From Octopus bimaculoides (taxonomy: Eukaryota), in NCBI RefSeq assembly GCF_001194135.2, contig NC_068993.1:56552912-56585020 (forward strand): DNA of 32,109 nucleotides, written 5' to 3'. Shown one piece after another: positions 1-11,390 of this stretch. Position numbers and translations under genes: made by a program. The notes beneath the pieces were generated by a model. The model did no database searches, had not been told where the DNA came from, and saw only the letters and a list, made by a program, of their open reading frames with translations. The stretch's first letter is position 1. Each line of letters starts with the position of its first letter.

Positions 1-69
1 ATATTTCGACGTATCTTGTTCCCCACACTCTGGCTATTTCGCCAGTTCAAGGCAAGGAATTTATATATA

Positions 70-190
70 GGACACAGAAAGAATGATATAAGGTAAATTT
101 AACCTCCGCCGGGTGGATTTGAACTCAGAACGTAAGGAACAGTGAATTTCGCACAATACTATCTATAAAACGTTTGCGTCGTTTAAAGGC
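70..190 (-). mobile_element. Degenerate Meta-domain-type SINE fragment
   Basis: 'gaaagaatgatataaggtaaatttaacctccgccgggtggatttgaactcagaacgt' resembles 4292-4340 'gaaaggatgaaaggcaaagccgacctcggccgaattcaaactcagaacgt' in this window. Confidence 0.6.
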
Positions 191-289
191 AGATAGTTAA
201 CTTTATTTTACGTATTGAGTTCTCTATCAGATTATGTCTTGTATGGTTTTTACGCATGTTCATATATATTAAAAAATTACACATACACA

Positions 290-382
290 CATATCCTTAT
301 ACACACATACATAAATATATATACACATACATGCATACATACACACACACACTCACACACACATATATATATATATAAGCAA

Positions 383-421
<39 letters not shown>

Positions 422-431
422 NNNNNNNNNN

Positions 432-463
<32 letters not shown>

Positions 464-662
464 AGCAAACATATATATATATATACATATATATATCTAT
501 GTATATATTATATATATATACGTATATATATATATCTACGTATATGCATATGTATAGTGTGTGTGGGTGTATATATGCGTCTATACATGTATGTATATAT
601 ATACATATGTGTGTATGTGTGATTATGCGGGTGCACATGATGTGTGTGTGTGTGTGTGTGTG
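290..662. repeat. Compound (AC)/(AT)/(GT) microsatellite containing a 10-N gap (422-431)
   Basis: Direct reading. Confidence 0.95.
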
Positions 663-963
663 TATAAACATTTTGCGAATACACAAGCACACTGTATGCT
701 GTCAAATATGGCGAAGCTTTTTAATCTTCTGTTGGAGAGAAATACTCAAGGGAAATCAAACGTTGACCATGTTGTCTTCCTCCTCTTCTTCTCCATTTCT
801 TTTTCTTTCTTCGTGTCATTCCTTGTATTTTTGTCTTCGTTCTTTTTCATTCTCTCGCCTCTATCTTCTTGTACCTCTTGGTCTCAAAGAAACAGCTACT
901 AATCTCTCTCCCCCCCCCTCTCTCTCTCCACACGTCTCTCTTTCATCTCTGCATACACATATG

Positions 964-1027
964 CACACGCACATATTCACACACGCACATATTCACACCC
1001 GCACATATTCACACACGCACATATACA
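964..1027. repeat. 16-bp minisatellite (CACACGCACATATTCA) x4
   Basis: Units at 964, 980, 996 (one substitution) and 1012 (one substitution). Confidence 0.9.
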
Positions 1028-1079
1028 CACACACGTTCTTACACATACACACATCATACTGTTCTTCTTGACACACTTT

Positions 1080-1116
<37 letters not shown>

Positions 1117-1357
1117 GCTTTTTATATTTATTACTCTACTCCCCTGTCTTTCTTTTTCACGTTCAAACGAAAAAGCACTCAACATTGTTAAAGAAATTGG
1201 AATGATATTATTTATTCAATGCTAAGTCTGTGTAAAGTGGCCATTCGGCGGTGTTTCTCGGTGGTGTCTTGAATGTTCAAGAAACTTCGAGTAATGACTC
1301 ACGCAAGCTCAAATTTGAACAAAACTTCTACACTCACACACACACATATATATATAT

Positions 1358-1588
1358 GGCACTCCGTCGGTTACGACGACGAGGGTTCCAGTTGATCCGA
1401 TCAATGGAACCGGCCTTCTCATGAAACTAGCTTATAAGTGGCTGAGCACTCCAAAGACACGTCTACCCTTAACGTAGTTCTTAGGGAGATTCAGCGTGAC
1501 ACAGAGCGTGACAAGACTGGCCCCCTTTGAATTACAGGTACTACTCATGTTTGCCAGCTGAGTGGACTGGAGCAACGTGAAATAAAGT
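1358..1588 (-). mobile_element. 5'-truncated SINE whose 3' half is shared with the 13611-13993 SINE
   Basis: 1358-1540 aligns directly with 13618-13797 ('ggcactccgtcg.ttacgacg.cgagggttcca.ttgatccgatcaa.ggaac'), then diverges into 'actcatgtttgccagctgagtggactggagcaacgtgaaataaag'. Confidence 0.85.
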
Positions 1589-1834
1589 TCACAGTGTCCC
1601 CGTAGCCAGACTGTTGGATGCATGCATTTCAGAGTGGTTACTTCGTCTTCAACAACAGAGACCGCATCCATCTTTCCTCTCTCTGATGCTGAAAGATTTC
1701 TTACGCGTTCGAATATCCCTCAAGCATATTTGAACTGATAATAGTTTTCGATTTATACATAATATGTACAAACAACACAGGCACAGAAAGCATGAGAGTA
1801 GAAGGAGAGACAGAGTGAAGAAGATAACAAGTGA

Positions 1835-2830
1835 GTTAGAGAAATTTAGCATAAATCTGTTTTCAGTATTTAATATTAAAAATTCATCGTAAGAACTATT
1901 ATAAATCTTACACATGACACAAGTCATAAAACCTGTTTATAGACGACCAGACATTATAAGAAATGTATAGAAAGCCCAACTCATTTCTCCATAATTATAA
2001 TAATATTGGTGAACATCATTAGTAGACGTTTTTCGAATATAATCTCTGAAAAAGACGCTTTCAAGTGCGTTGTATATTTGATCAATTACAGATAATGAAA
2101 TGGGTGTAACGGAATTCTGTCAATGTTCATATATGCATGTACATGTAGATGTATTTGTACACATTTATATGTATAGACATTGTAATAGAAGCCAGTGAAT
2201 AAAGAAAACATTCTACATAGAAAATTATAGTAGTTTACAACTAAGTAAATGTATAAACCTAACCTCCAGCATAGAAACTTTTACCCTTATTTCCCCAATA
2301 ACTTCAATTCTTACAAATCTTTTAACGAAACCAAAATTGGAGGTCAGTTACTCATCTATAGAAAATCTCATCATATCATAACCATGATTAACAGGAGAGA
2401 CAATACTCAAATAGGAACATTCAAAGATCTCTACTCGAAGGAGTAATATTTCAAGTTTGCGTGTTGATGGTTAGAAGTATATAACAAATCTACAGAAAAT
2501 AACTACAGCTGTCTGACCGCGAATACTTTAAGAGTAGATGCACTCAACACTTCTGCTCCTTCGGCATAGAAACAAATAAAGTACAATTTTATTGAACTAT
2601 TATATCTGGGGCTTAAAAAAAGAAAAAGAAAACGTATCTAAGCATCAAAATAGTCTGATCAGTCTTTGAAACTGTAGCTCTGTATATAAACCTCACCGGA
2701 AGTTGTTCTTATTTTTGAGGTAAAGCAATTCTTATGCAAATGTATGAAATTCTAAACAAAACTACCCACCGAATTCATGTTGCTTATTCGCTCACATACA
2801 CACATGCATAACAAAGTCACGCATACTTCA
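1835..2830 (+). mobile_element. Decayed 5'-truncated Penelope-like element (RT thumb, linker, GIY-YIG endonuclease)
   Basis: Manual translation across frameshifts and stops gives YRKPN, ISRRFSNIISEKDAF, YFPNNFNSYKSFNETKI, NYSCLTANTL, YIWGLK, IKIV*SVFETVALYINLTGSC and EILNK. These are colinear with the 30999-32080 copy and with recalled PLE motifs (YRKPN, HFPxxHKLHKIFN, YIGLTENTFK, YIWELK, LLNK). Confidence 0.7.
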
Positions 2831-4175
2831 TTGCACCTTCTCACTTGTAACGTTGCTTATTTTCCCCAGCTCGCTCTCTTTGTTGCATCTCACATTTCTA
2901 CCCATCTTTGTTGTGTCGTTCACTAAGGTATCTCATTGACATCAAAAGATTTTACCTAATTTCTAGTCCCTTTCCTTTCCGTGACAACGGATAACTGTCC
3001 GAAACGCTGAATCATTTTTGTTTCTCTTATTTTACACGATAGCAGTATTTGTTCGTAATTGTTTTTCGTCTCGTTTGTCTTGTGACTATACACACGCATG
3101 CGCACATCCACACACATATATATACGCACAAATACATATCGATGTATCATATGCATATTTTATATTTACTATTGTATATTCATTGTAAGAGAGAAACTTT
3201 GCTGGAAAGTTCTAAGCTTCTATTCTATTTGTCTTCATAAACTAATTATAAAACGACATTAAAAAAATTCTATATCTACTTTCTGAGAAACAACTTTTAA
3301 ATTAACTTAATATTAGCAATTATTCTATCCATATTTATATATAAATACAGAAAAAAAACCCACGAACAAAAATTATATATGNNNNNNNNNNNNNNNNNNN
3401 NNNNNNNNNNNNNNNNNNNNNNNNNNNNNNNNNNNNNNNNNNNNNNNNNNNNNNNNNNNNNNNNNNNNNNNNNNNNNNNNNNNNNNNNNNNNNNNNNNNN
3501 NNNNNNNNNNNNNNNNNNNNNNNNNNNNNNNNNNNNNNNNNNNNNNNNNNNNNNNNNNNNNNNNNNNNNNNNNNNNNNNNNNNNNNNNNNNNNNNNNNNN
3601 NNNNNNNNNNNNNNNNNNNNNNNNNNNNNNNNNNNNNNNNNNNNNNNNNNNNNNNNNNNNNNNNNNNNNNNNNNNNNNNNNNNNNNNNNNNNNNNNNNNN
3701 NNNNNNNNNNNNNNNNNNNNNNNNNNNNNNNNNNNNNNNNNNNNNNNNNNNNNNNNNNNNNNNNNNNNNNNNNNNNNNNNNNNNNNNNNNNNNNNNNNNN
3801 NNNNNNNNNNNNNNNNNNNNNNNNNNNNNNNNNNNNNNNNNNNNNNNNNNNNNNNNNNNNNNNNNNNNNNNNNNNNNNNNNNNNNNNNNNNNNNNNNNNN
3901 NNNNNNNNNNNNNNNNNNNNNNNNNNNNNNNNNNNNNNNNNNNNNNNNNNNNNNNNNNNNNNNNNNNNNNNNNNNNNNNNNNNNNNNNNNNNNNNNNNNN
4001 NNNNNNNNNNNNNNNNNNNNNNNNNNNNNNNNNNNNNNNNNNNNNNNNNNNNNNNNNNNNNNNNNNNNNNNNNNNNNNNNNNNNNNNNNNNNNNNNNNNN
4101 NNNNNNNNNNNNNNNNNNNNNNNNNNNNNNNNNNNNNNNNNNNNNNNNCTTTAACACAGGCGCCTTTCAATTTCT

Positions 4176-4406
4176 TATTTCTTTACTACCCAGAAGGGGC
4201 TACAGACAGAGGGGACAAATAAGGACAGACAAACGGATTAAGTCGATTATATCGACCCCGGTGCGTAACTGATACTTATTTAGTCGACCCCGAAAGGATG
4301 AAAGGCAAAGCCGACCTCGGCCGAATTCAAACTCAGAACGTAGCGGCAGACGAAATACCGCTAAGCATTTCGCACGTCGCGTTAATGTTTCTGCCAGCTC
4401 GCCGCC
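4176..4406 (-). mobile_element. tRNA-derived SINE with Meta-type central domain
   Basis: Reverse complement reads GGCGGCGAGCTGGCAGAA (A-box-like head) ... GAGGTCGGCTTTGCCTTTCATCCTTTCGGGGTCGACTAAATAAGTA, matching the recalled MetaSINE domain, followed by a distinct tail. Confidence 0.8.
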
Positions 4407-4507
4407 TTTCGGTTTCTGTCGACCAAATCCACTCACAAGGCTTTGGTCGGCCCGTGGCTATAGTAGAAGACACTTGCTCGTGAAGCCACGCTGTGGGACT
4501 GAACCCG
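4407..4507 (-). mobile_element. CORE-like SINE 5' part, interrupted by the adjacent Meta-type SINE
   Basis: 'ccaaatccactcacaaggctttggtcggcccgtggctatagtagaagacacttgctc...gtgggactgaacccggaaccat' aligns with 23587-23672. Confidence 0.85.
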
Positions 4508-5330
4508 GAACCATCTACTTGATCATTAACTACGTCGCCGTATTGATATCAAAAACGTTTTTTGTTTTATTCATACAACACTACTGTTTCTTTTTTGTCA
4601 ATTCTGCGCCCTTGTATTTTGTTGATGAAAAACCCCTGTCGTCGAGTCTCAGAGACAATAAAGGACCATCTACAGGTTTCCTTCAAATCACATTCAACGA
4701 TTTTATCAGAAGATCACATTCGACAATCTAGTTCTATATACTGTATATTTGGCCACAAGTATACTGAATAAGACCAGCCAGGATGATCACGATTGAAATA
4801 GCTCTGACTTGAGCCTAACCAAAAGTAACAGCGTTCAATTCTCCTCTTCTTCCATCAAAGTATAATGTAATTACGTTCGTGGTTTTTGCTTTATTTTTGT
4901 ATAATTGTTTTTTGGGTGAGAGCTTGGTTCCTTCTCAAGATTCTAATTGGATATTCCATTATCACGTTAATGCCATCATCTCGGATTACCACTGGCTATG
5001 TGTACGTCATTATTCATGTATTATGTATGCTTCCAAATGTATGTATGTATGTATGCATGTATACTTGTAAATATGCCTGTTTGCACGCATATATATCTAT
5101 GTATATATTTATGCATTCACACATACAAGCATTATCTATGTATGCATGTATTTCTGCTAGTATGTTTGCATGTGTGTGCACGTATGTCCGTAAGCATGTA
5201 CATGTGTATGCGTGTCTGAATGTATTTCTGTGATACATACATATACACACATATACTTAAGTGTGTATGTATATAGACAGATAAATACATAGATTCATAT
5301 ATACGTATGTATGTACATAGACACACACAC

Positions 5331-5382
<52 letters not shown>

Positions 5383-5595
5383 ACGCATGCGTATGAATAC
5401 AAGTATATGCGTATCACTCTCTCGATCACTTTCTTTATGTGTGTGTTTGTATGTGTATGCGTGTTTTGCGTGTGTATGTGTGTCTGTGTGTGAGCCTATT
5501 CATCAGAAACAATCCTTTTGACCAATTACATCTTTAATTCTTAATCAATAATTGACAGTATAATGTTTATTACTTTTGGTAGCGGTGATTGTAAA

Positions 5596-5720
5596 AGTAG
5601 TAGTAGTAGTAGTGACAAGACCAGCAGCAGCAGTAGCAGCAGTAGCAGCAGTAGCAGCAGCAGAAGTACTAGTATTAGTATTAGTAGTAACAGTAATGAT
5701 AGCAGTAGTAGTAGTAGTGT
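5596..5720. repeat. (AGT)/(AGC) trinucleotide mosaic flanked by (AT)n tracts
   Basis: Direct reading; source of the poly-Ser/Leu/Thr pseudo-ORFs. Confidence 0.9.
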
Positions 5721-5768
5721 TGGGGGCCTTGATGGTGATGTGGTGGTGATTATATATATATGTAGGTA

Positions 5769-5810
<42 letters not shown>

Positions 5811-6066
5811 TATATTCATATATAGATAAAGATATATATATATACATAATATAATATAATATGTATATGATATATATATGTATATGCATGTCTTTATATG
5901 TATGTGTGTGTGTGTGTCTATACATACGTGTTCTCATATATATATGCATATATCTGAAGATACGCGCGTGCGTATGCGCTTGATCGATTGCACTTATGTG
6001 TACGATTGTTCGTGTCTGGAAGAGAAAGAAATTTAGAAAGATGTGCAGAGACAGATGGAGCAGAAA

Positions 6067-6087
6067 GGAGAGAGAGAGAGGGAGAGT

Positions 6088-6137
<50 letters not shown>

Positions 6138-6185
6138 TAGAGAGAAAGAGAGAGAGATAGAGATAGAGAGAGATAGAGAGTGAGA
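6067..6185. repeat. (AG)n/(AGAT) microsatellite running into a gap
   Basis: Direct reading. Confidence 0.9.
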
Positions 6186-7611
6186 NNNNNNNNNNNNNNN
6201 NNNNNNNNNNNNNNNNNNNNNNNNNNNNNNNNNNNNNNNNNNNNNNNNNNNNNNNNNNNNNNNNNNNNNNNNNNNNNNNNNNNNNNNNNNNNNNNNNNNN
6301 NNNNNNNNNNNNNNNNNNNNNNNNNNNNNNNNNNNNNNNNNNNNNNNNNNNNNNNNNNNNNNNNNNNNNNNNNNNNNNNNNNNNNNNNNNNNNNNNNNNN
6401 NNNNNNNNNNNNNNNNNNNNNNNNNNNNNNNNNNNNNNNNNNNNNNNNNNNNNNNNNNNNNNNNNNNNNNNNNNNNNNNNNNNNNNNNNNNNNNNNNNNN
6501 NNNNNNNNNNNNNNNNNNNNNNNNNNNNNNNNNNNNNNNNNNNNNNNNNNNNNNNNNNNNNNNNNNNNNNNNNNNNNNNNNNNNNNNNNNNNNNNNNNNN
6601 NNNNNNNNNNNNNNNNNNNNNNNNNNNNNNNNNNNNNNNNNNNNNNNNNNNNNNNNNNNNNNNNNNNNNNNNNNNNNNNNNNNNNNNNNNNNNNNNNNNN
6701 NNNNNNNNNNNNNNNNNNNNNNNNNNNNNNNNNNNNNNNNNNNNNNNNNNNNNNNNNNNNNNNNNNNNNNNNNNNNNNNNNNNNNNNNNNNNNNNNNNNN
6801 NNNNNNNNNNNNNNNNNNNNNNNNNNNNNNNNNNNNNNNNNNNNNNNNNNNNNNNNNNNNNNNNNNNNNNNNNNNNNNNNNNNNNNNNNNNNNNNNNNNN
6901 NNNNNNNNNNNNNNNNNNNNNNNNNNNNNNNNNNNNNNNNNNNNNNNNNNNNNNNNNNNNNNNNNNNNNATATATATATATATATACATATATGGAAAGA
7001 GAGAGAGAAAACTAGAGGAGAAAGTGTGAAAATAGTTTTTGTTTCGCCCCATGTCACTTCTGATAAACAAGACCTTTGATCATGAAAGCCATTGCCGCCA
7101 TTGCTATCTCATCTTCTTTTTTTCTGTCACCGTGTATCCAGACTATATTATTTAATGTGTCATTCGTTTTTTAAAAGACGACACGGTGAAATTTGGGTGA
7201 TCTTTTGCTGCTATTTCTAACACCTAGATGCTCTCTCGTGTGTAAGACATATTCTCAACATTGTAGGGAAACTTTAACTGACTTTGAATAATCATCACCT
7301 TCCATGGGAACCAGATTATCCTGAAAAAATTCTATAGGCTTTATAGGGCGATCGACACCAGCAGAAATTAACCCTAGCTAGCACCTTGCCAACATATTTG
7401 ATTTCAAATTTAGCTGAGATTTTTGTATTTAATTTACAAAACATTGCCCGTGTCTTCGCCTTATTAACAGTGCAATAATCATAAATAACACAAATTGAAA
7501 TATTTCTAATCTATCAGTGACTATAAACTTTGAACATAACAGGAACTAGAGAGGTAGGTATGTCCAGATTCTGTTCGTATCCAGAACGATTTTGCCAGCT
7601 CGCCGCCTTCA

Positions 7612-7803
<192 letters not shown>

Positions 7804-8219
7804 ATGATATCTTTTCGAGTGTTTTTTTAAAATTTCTGTTTAAATTTCCCCTTTTCATGACTATGCCATCATTTTAATTCTATTTAGAAGTAATAAATGA
7901 TGATGATGATGATTCTATGTATTTCCCTTGAAAATTCAGTTTCTCTTAAAGGAAGATATCCTAAGCCCTTAGCCTAAGAATTTCCTTGAAGATTTGCCTG
8001 AAATTTGCTAATCTCTATTTCCTTTTATTTCTTCCCTCTTTTTTGTTTTCCCACCATTCCATCCCTTATATTTATCCTCATTACTTCGAGTTAACTCTAT
8101 CATTTCCTTTCTTTTCATTTTTTGCCCACCCCGATGTTTCTGTCTCTATCACCAACTCCTTTTCTCTCTTTATCTCTCTATCTATCTATCTCTCCCTCTC
8201 TCTCTCCGCCTCCCTCATA

Positions 8220-8426
8220 TTCAAAGACAGAACGAAGAGGGGGCATAAAAAGAGAAAGTGAAAGAGGGAAAGAAAGAAAACAAGCGGAGGGAATGGAAAC
8301 TGTCTTTTAATTACCTGAAAATATTTTATTATTCATTGAGACGTTCACAAATTCCTACGTTTGAAATTGCTCCAGTTATTTTCCATTGCGAGAAAAAATA
8401 CGAAGTAGAGGTGGAGAAAACTATAC

Positions 8427-8464
<38 letters not shown>

Positions 8465-9190
8465 GATAATGATAATGATGATGATGATAACAGAAATAAT
8501 AATGAATGAAAAATATAAAATAAAAATAAAAAATCATTACGAAAAACAAACGAGAAAATGATGAAAAACAAAAGTGCAAAAAAACTTGAAGCAGACGATG
8601 TTAATAAACTACGAACAAATGAGAACAAACGAGAAAAGACGGGAAAGAAATGGCTAAAAATTTGCTAAAACAACGGGAATAAAGTGAAGAAGTGACAAAT
8701 AAATATAGCAAAATGAAGGGAAAAGAGAAAGAAAAATGTAATAAAAACAAAGAATAAATGAAGAAAAATGTAATAATATAAATGAAGGAAAACAACGTTT
8801 GTAAGAGAAAATAAAATATAAACAAGTGAAGAGAAAGAAGAGAATGAAGCATGCAAATAAAAAAATAAATGTAAAAAGTAAGAGAAGAAGAAGGAGCTAT
8901 ATTAAAAAGATATGTTTATAAATTGAAGAAGAAACATGGGGCAATAGATGGAAAATATGAAATGAAGAAGAAAGAGGTTGATAATGAATAAACATTAAGA
9001 GAAAAGAAAGTAAATGCAAAAACGCAAAGAAAAGGTAAAAGACGAATAAGAAGTAATAAAAATGGCGAAGGAAAGTGAGAGAGAAGCGTAAACTGAAGAA
9101 ATACGCTGTCTAGACAAAGGTCACGAATAAGATTTGTGTTAAACAAAAGAATGAACGGATATGAGAATGAAAATTAAGACAAATTGAAGG
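8220..9190. repeat. About 1 kb of A/G-rich low-complexity sequence including (AAT)n(GAT)n at 8425-8490
   Basis: Strong purine skew on the + strand; stops in the + frames. Confidence 0.8.
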
Positions 9191-9249
9191 TAATATAACG
9201 TCGGATTGGTAGATTTGTTTCAGCCAAAGATAAAATTCGTTGAGATACT

Positions 9250-9330
9250 TATGGTTTTCTGCCTTTTGTGGGTCAAATCACACCGAATTAACTTCGCCTT
9301 TCATCCATTTTGCTCCTCTACAATATGTAG
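9250..9330 (+). mobile_element. Old degenerate Meta-type SINE fragment
   Basis: 'ggtcaaatcacaccgaattaacttcgcctttcatcc' resembles the reverse complement of 4295-4335. Confidence 0.45.
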
Positions 9331-9596
9331 GATAGACTGGCGGAATTAGTACAGCATTGGATTAGATGCTTTGTGACACTTGATTTGCTTCTTTTCCTTT
9401 TGAGAGCTTAGATGGCAGACAATCTATCGCCTAGTTTAGCACATACGATCAGATGATCGTAAGGTACCTTTTGCGAGGTTCATTACTGGAAGCATTTAGG
9501 CTACAAGTCCGGTGTAGGTATGCGCTCTACCCTTTCTCTCGCCAGTCTTGGATTCCTTAAGACTTAAAGAGTAAGAGCGCTGCCTTTCTCTCATGA

Positions 9597-9797
9597 TTAA
9601 CGCATTGAGTGCCATGTATACAATAAATGTATACATGGCACTTTACAAATGCGCCGCGTATACGTATATTGTATACATGTTTTCTCATCAAATGAAGTAC
9701 ACAGCTATTGTATACAACTGAAATATGAATTTGAAAAAACCCACATGTGACACACAGGACCGATTTACACATTTTCCCTAGGCACTCAATGTATTAA
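9597..9797. mobile_element. piggyBac-type non-autonomous element (MITE), about 193 bp between TTAA sites
   Basis: TTAA at 9597-9600 and 9794-9797; terminal inverted repeats CGCATTGAGTGCC (9601-9613) and GGCACTCAATGTA (9781-9793), 11/13 matching; no ORF. Confidence 0.7.
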
Positions 9798-10249
9798 GCG
9801 GTAGAAAACAAATAAATATTAAAAAAATTGAAGGGATTTTTTTAACGGCATTAGCCAGAGGAAAGGGAATTGTGCCCATGTGGTTCTCGGGCGCCTACTC
9901 TCGAGAATGGCCATACTAAGTGGGTTGATGTTCAGCTGAAACATCTGTAAGTTGACTGTGAGAAAAAAAAACAAAACAAAACATGGTGGGTGGAAGAGTA
10001 AATATGAAAGGGTTTAATGGGGTGGGGGTGCGGAGCAGAGGCATTGACCAGATGACGAGAGGAAGGTATGTTGATGATAAAATTGGCAAAAGTGAATGTC
10101 AAACGTAGAATAGTAAGAAAAAAAAGTCATGAGATGAATATGAAGTAATAGAAAAGGACGAAGAAAGTTTGGAGAAGGGCGGAAAAAGAAAGAAAAGAAA
10201 ACAAAAAGAACTAAAGAAAAAAATGTATAAGGAATAACGAAAAATTTAT

Positions 10250-10425
10250 TCAATCAATGGCTTACAAAGCCCCTTTTCCCGGATTCTGTGGCGAATGCAT
10301 CTCTGTCATCTGGACGGGACGTCGGTCCGACGACGGATTACTCATTTTTACCTGTCGAATGAACTGCAGTAATAGCATTTGCTCAAAGACACAACGCATC
10401 ACCCGGTCCAAGAATGGAAACCGCC
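10250..10425 (-). mobile_element. SINE fragment of the 'actcattttt...gctcaa..acacaac' type
   Basis: 'ttactcatttttacctgtcgaatgaactgcag' resembles 1541-1575 'tactcatgtttgccagctgagtggactggag'; 'cccggtccaagaatggaaacc' resembles a reversed B-box region. Confidence 0.55.
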
Positions 10426-10427
10426 AA

Positions 10428-10620
10428 ATCGCTAGATTACGGGGACATAGCCATAGCAATACCGGTTGTCAAGCGGTGTGGGGGGAGGTGATAAACACAG
10501 GCACACAAACACTATACACATGTGTGTGTGTACAACAGGCTTCACACAGTTTCCATCTAGCAAATACTCTCAGAAGTCGTTGGTCTGCCTGGGGCTATAG
10601 TAGAAGACACTGGCCCCAAA
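10428..10620 (-). mobile_element. Partial composite CORE-like/microsatellite SINE of the same family as 23287-23708
   Basis: 'ttacggggac...ttgtcaagcg' and 'gctatagtagaagacactggccc' match 23428-23465 and 23620-23640, with an AC/GT spacer between them. Confidence 0.75.
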
Positions 10621-11247
10621 CCCCTTGCTTACAAAGTGTGCTACGTCTGCGCTTCAACACACCCACACGCATGCGCACACACATACCCACACACTCGCGC
10701 ACACATACACAAACGCACGCACACACACCTATATATGTATATATATATATATATNNNNNNNNNNNNNNNNNNNNNNNNNNNNNNNNNNNNNNNNNNNNNN
10801 NNNNNNNNNNNNNNNNNNNNNNNNNNNNNNNNNNNNNNNNNNNNNNNNNNNNNNNNNNNNNNNNNNNNNNNNNNNNNNNNNNNNNNNNNNNNNNNNNNNN
10901 NNNNNNNNNNNNNNNNNNNNNNNNNNNNNNNNNNNNNNNNNNNNNNNNNNNNNNNNNNNNNNNNNNNNNNNNNNNNNNNNNNNNNNNNNGGTGATGAAGA
11001 AAATATGTGGATGAAGATAACGAAAAGTGACAAAGAAACTGCAGCAAGATGTTTTGAATTAATAATAAAGTGAAGAATAATGTCATAAGACGTTTGAAAA
11101 TTTTCACATGACGTCAGACGACATTGCACGAATACTGGTGTGTGTGAGTGTGTATGTGTGTGTGTGTGCGTGCATGTATGCGTGTGTGTAAATAGAAACA
11201 GATAGATGGAAAAGTGGGTAGATGCATATACATACAAACACACAAGT

Positions 11248-11252
<5 letters not shown>

Positions 11253-11321
<69 letters not shown>

Positions 11322-11333
11322 NNNNNNNNNNGT

Positions 11334-11390
<57 letters not shown>
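11253..11390. repeat. (AG)n spanning a 10-N gap, with duplicated flank
   Basis: 'gtttacaga(ga)n' occurs at both 11246 and 11332. Confidence 0.9.

Noticed and set aside
1633-1738. Possible exon after 'tttcag' (VVTSSSTTETASIFPLSDAERF...)
   Set aside because: No recognisable homology, weak polypyrimidine tract and no partner exons.
4600-4900. Minus-strand 'FSILVAKYTVYRTRL', resembling an L1/Tx1 LINE C-terminus
   Set aside because: A single short motif amid many stops; needs a tblastn hit to support it.
7584-7608. About 25 bp matching the Meta-type SINE head
   Set aside because: Too short to annotate as an element.
9855-9946. AG...GTAAGT-bounded open segment (PEERELCPCGSRAPTLENGHTKWVDVQLKH)
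   Set aside because: Poor acceptor and no homology recognised; expected by chance.
10257-10460. GC-richer ORF start MAYKAPFPGFCGEC...
   Set aside because: Explained by SINE sequence on the opposite strand.
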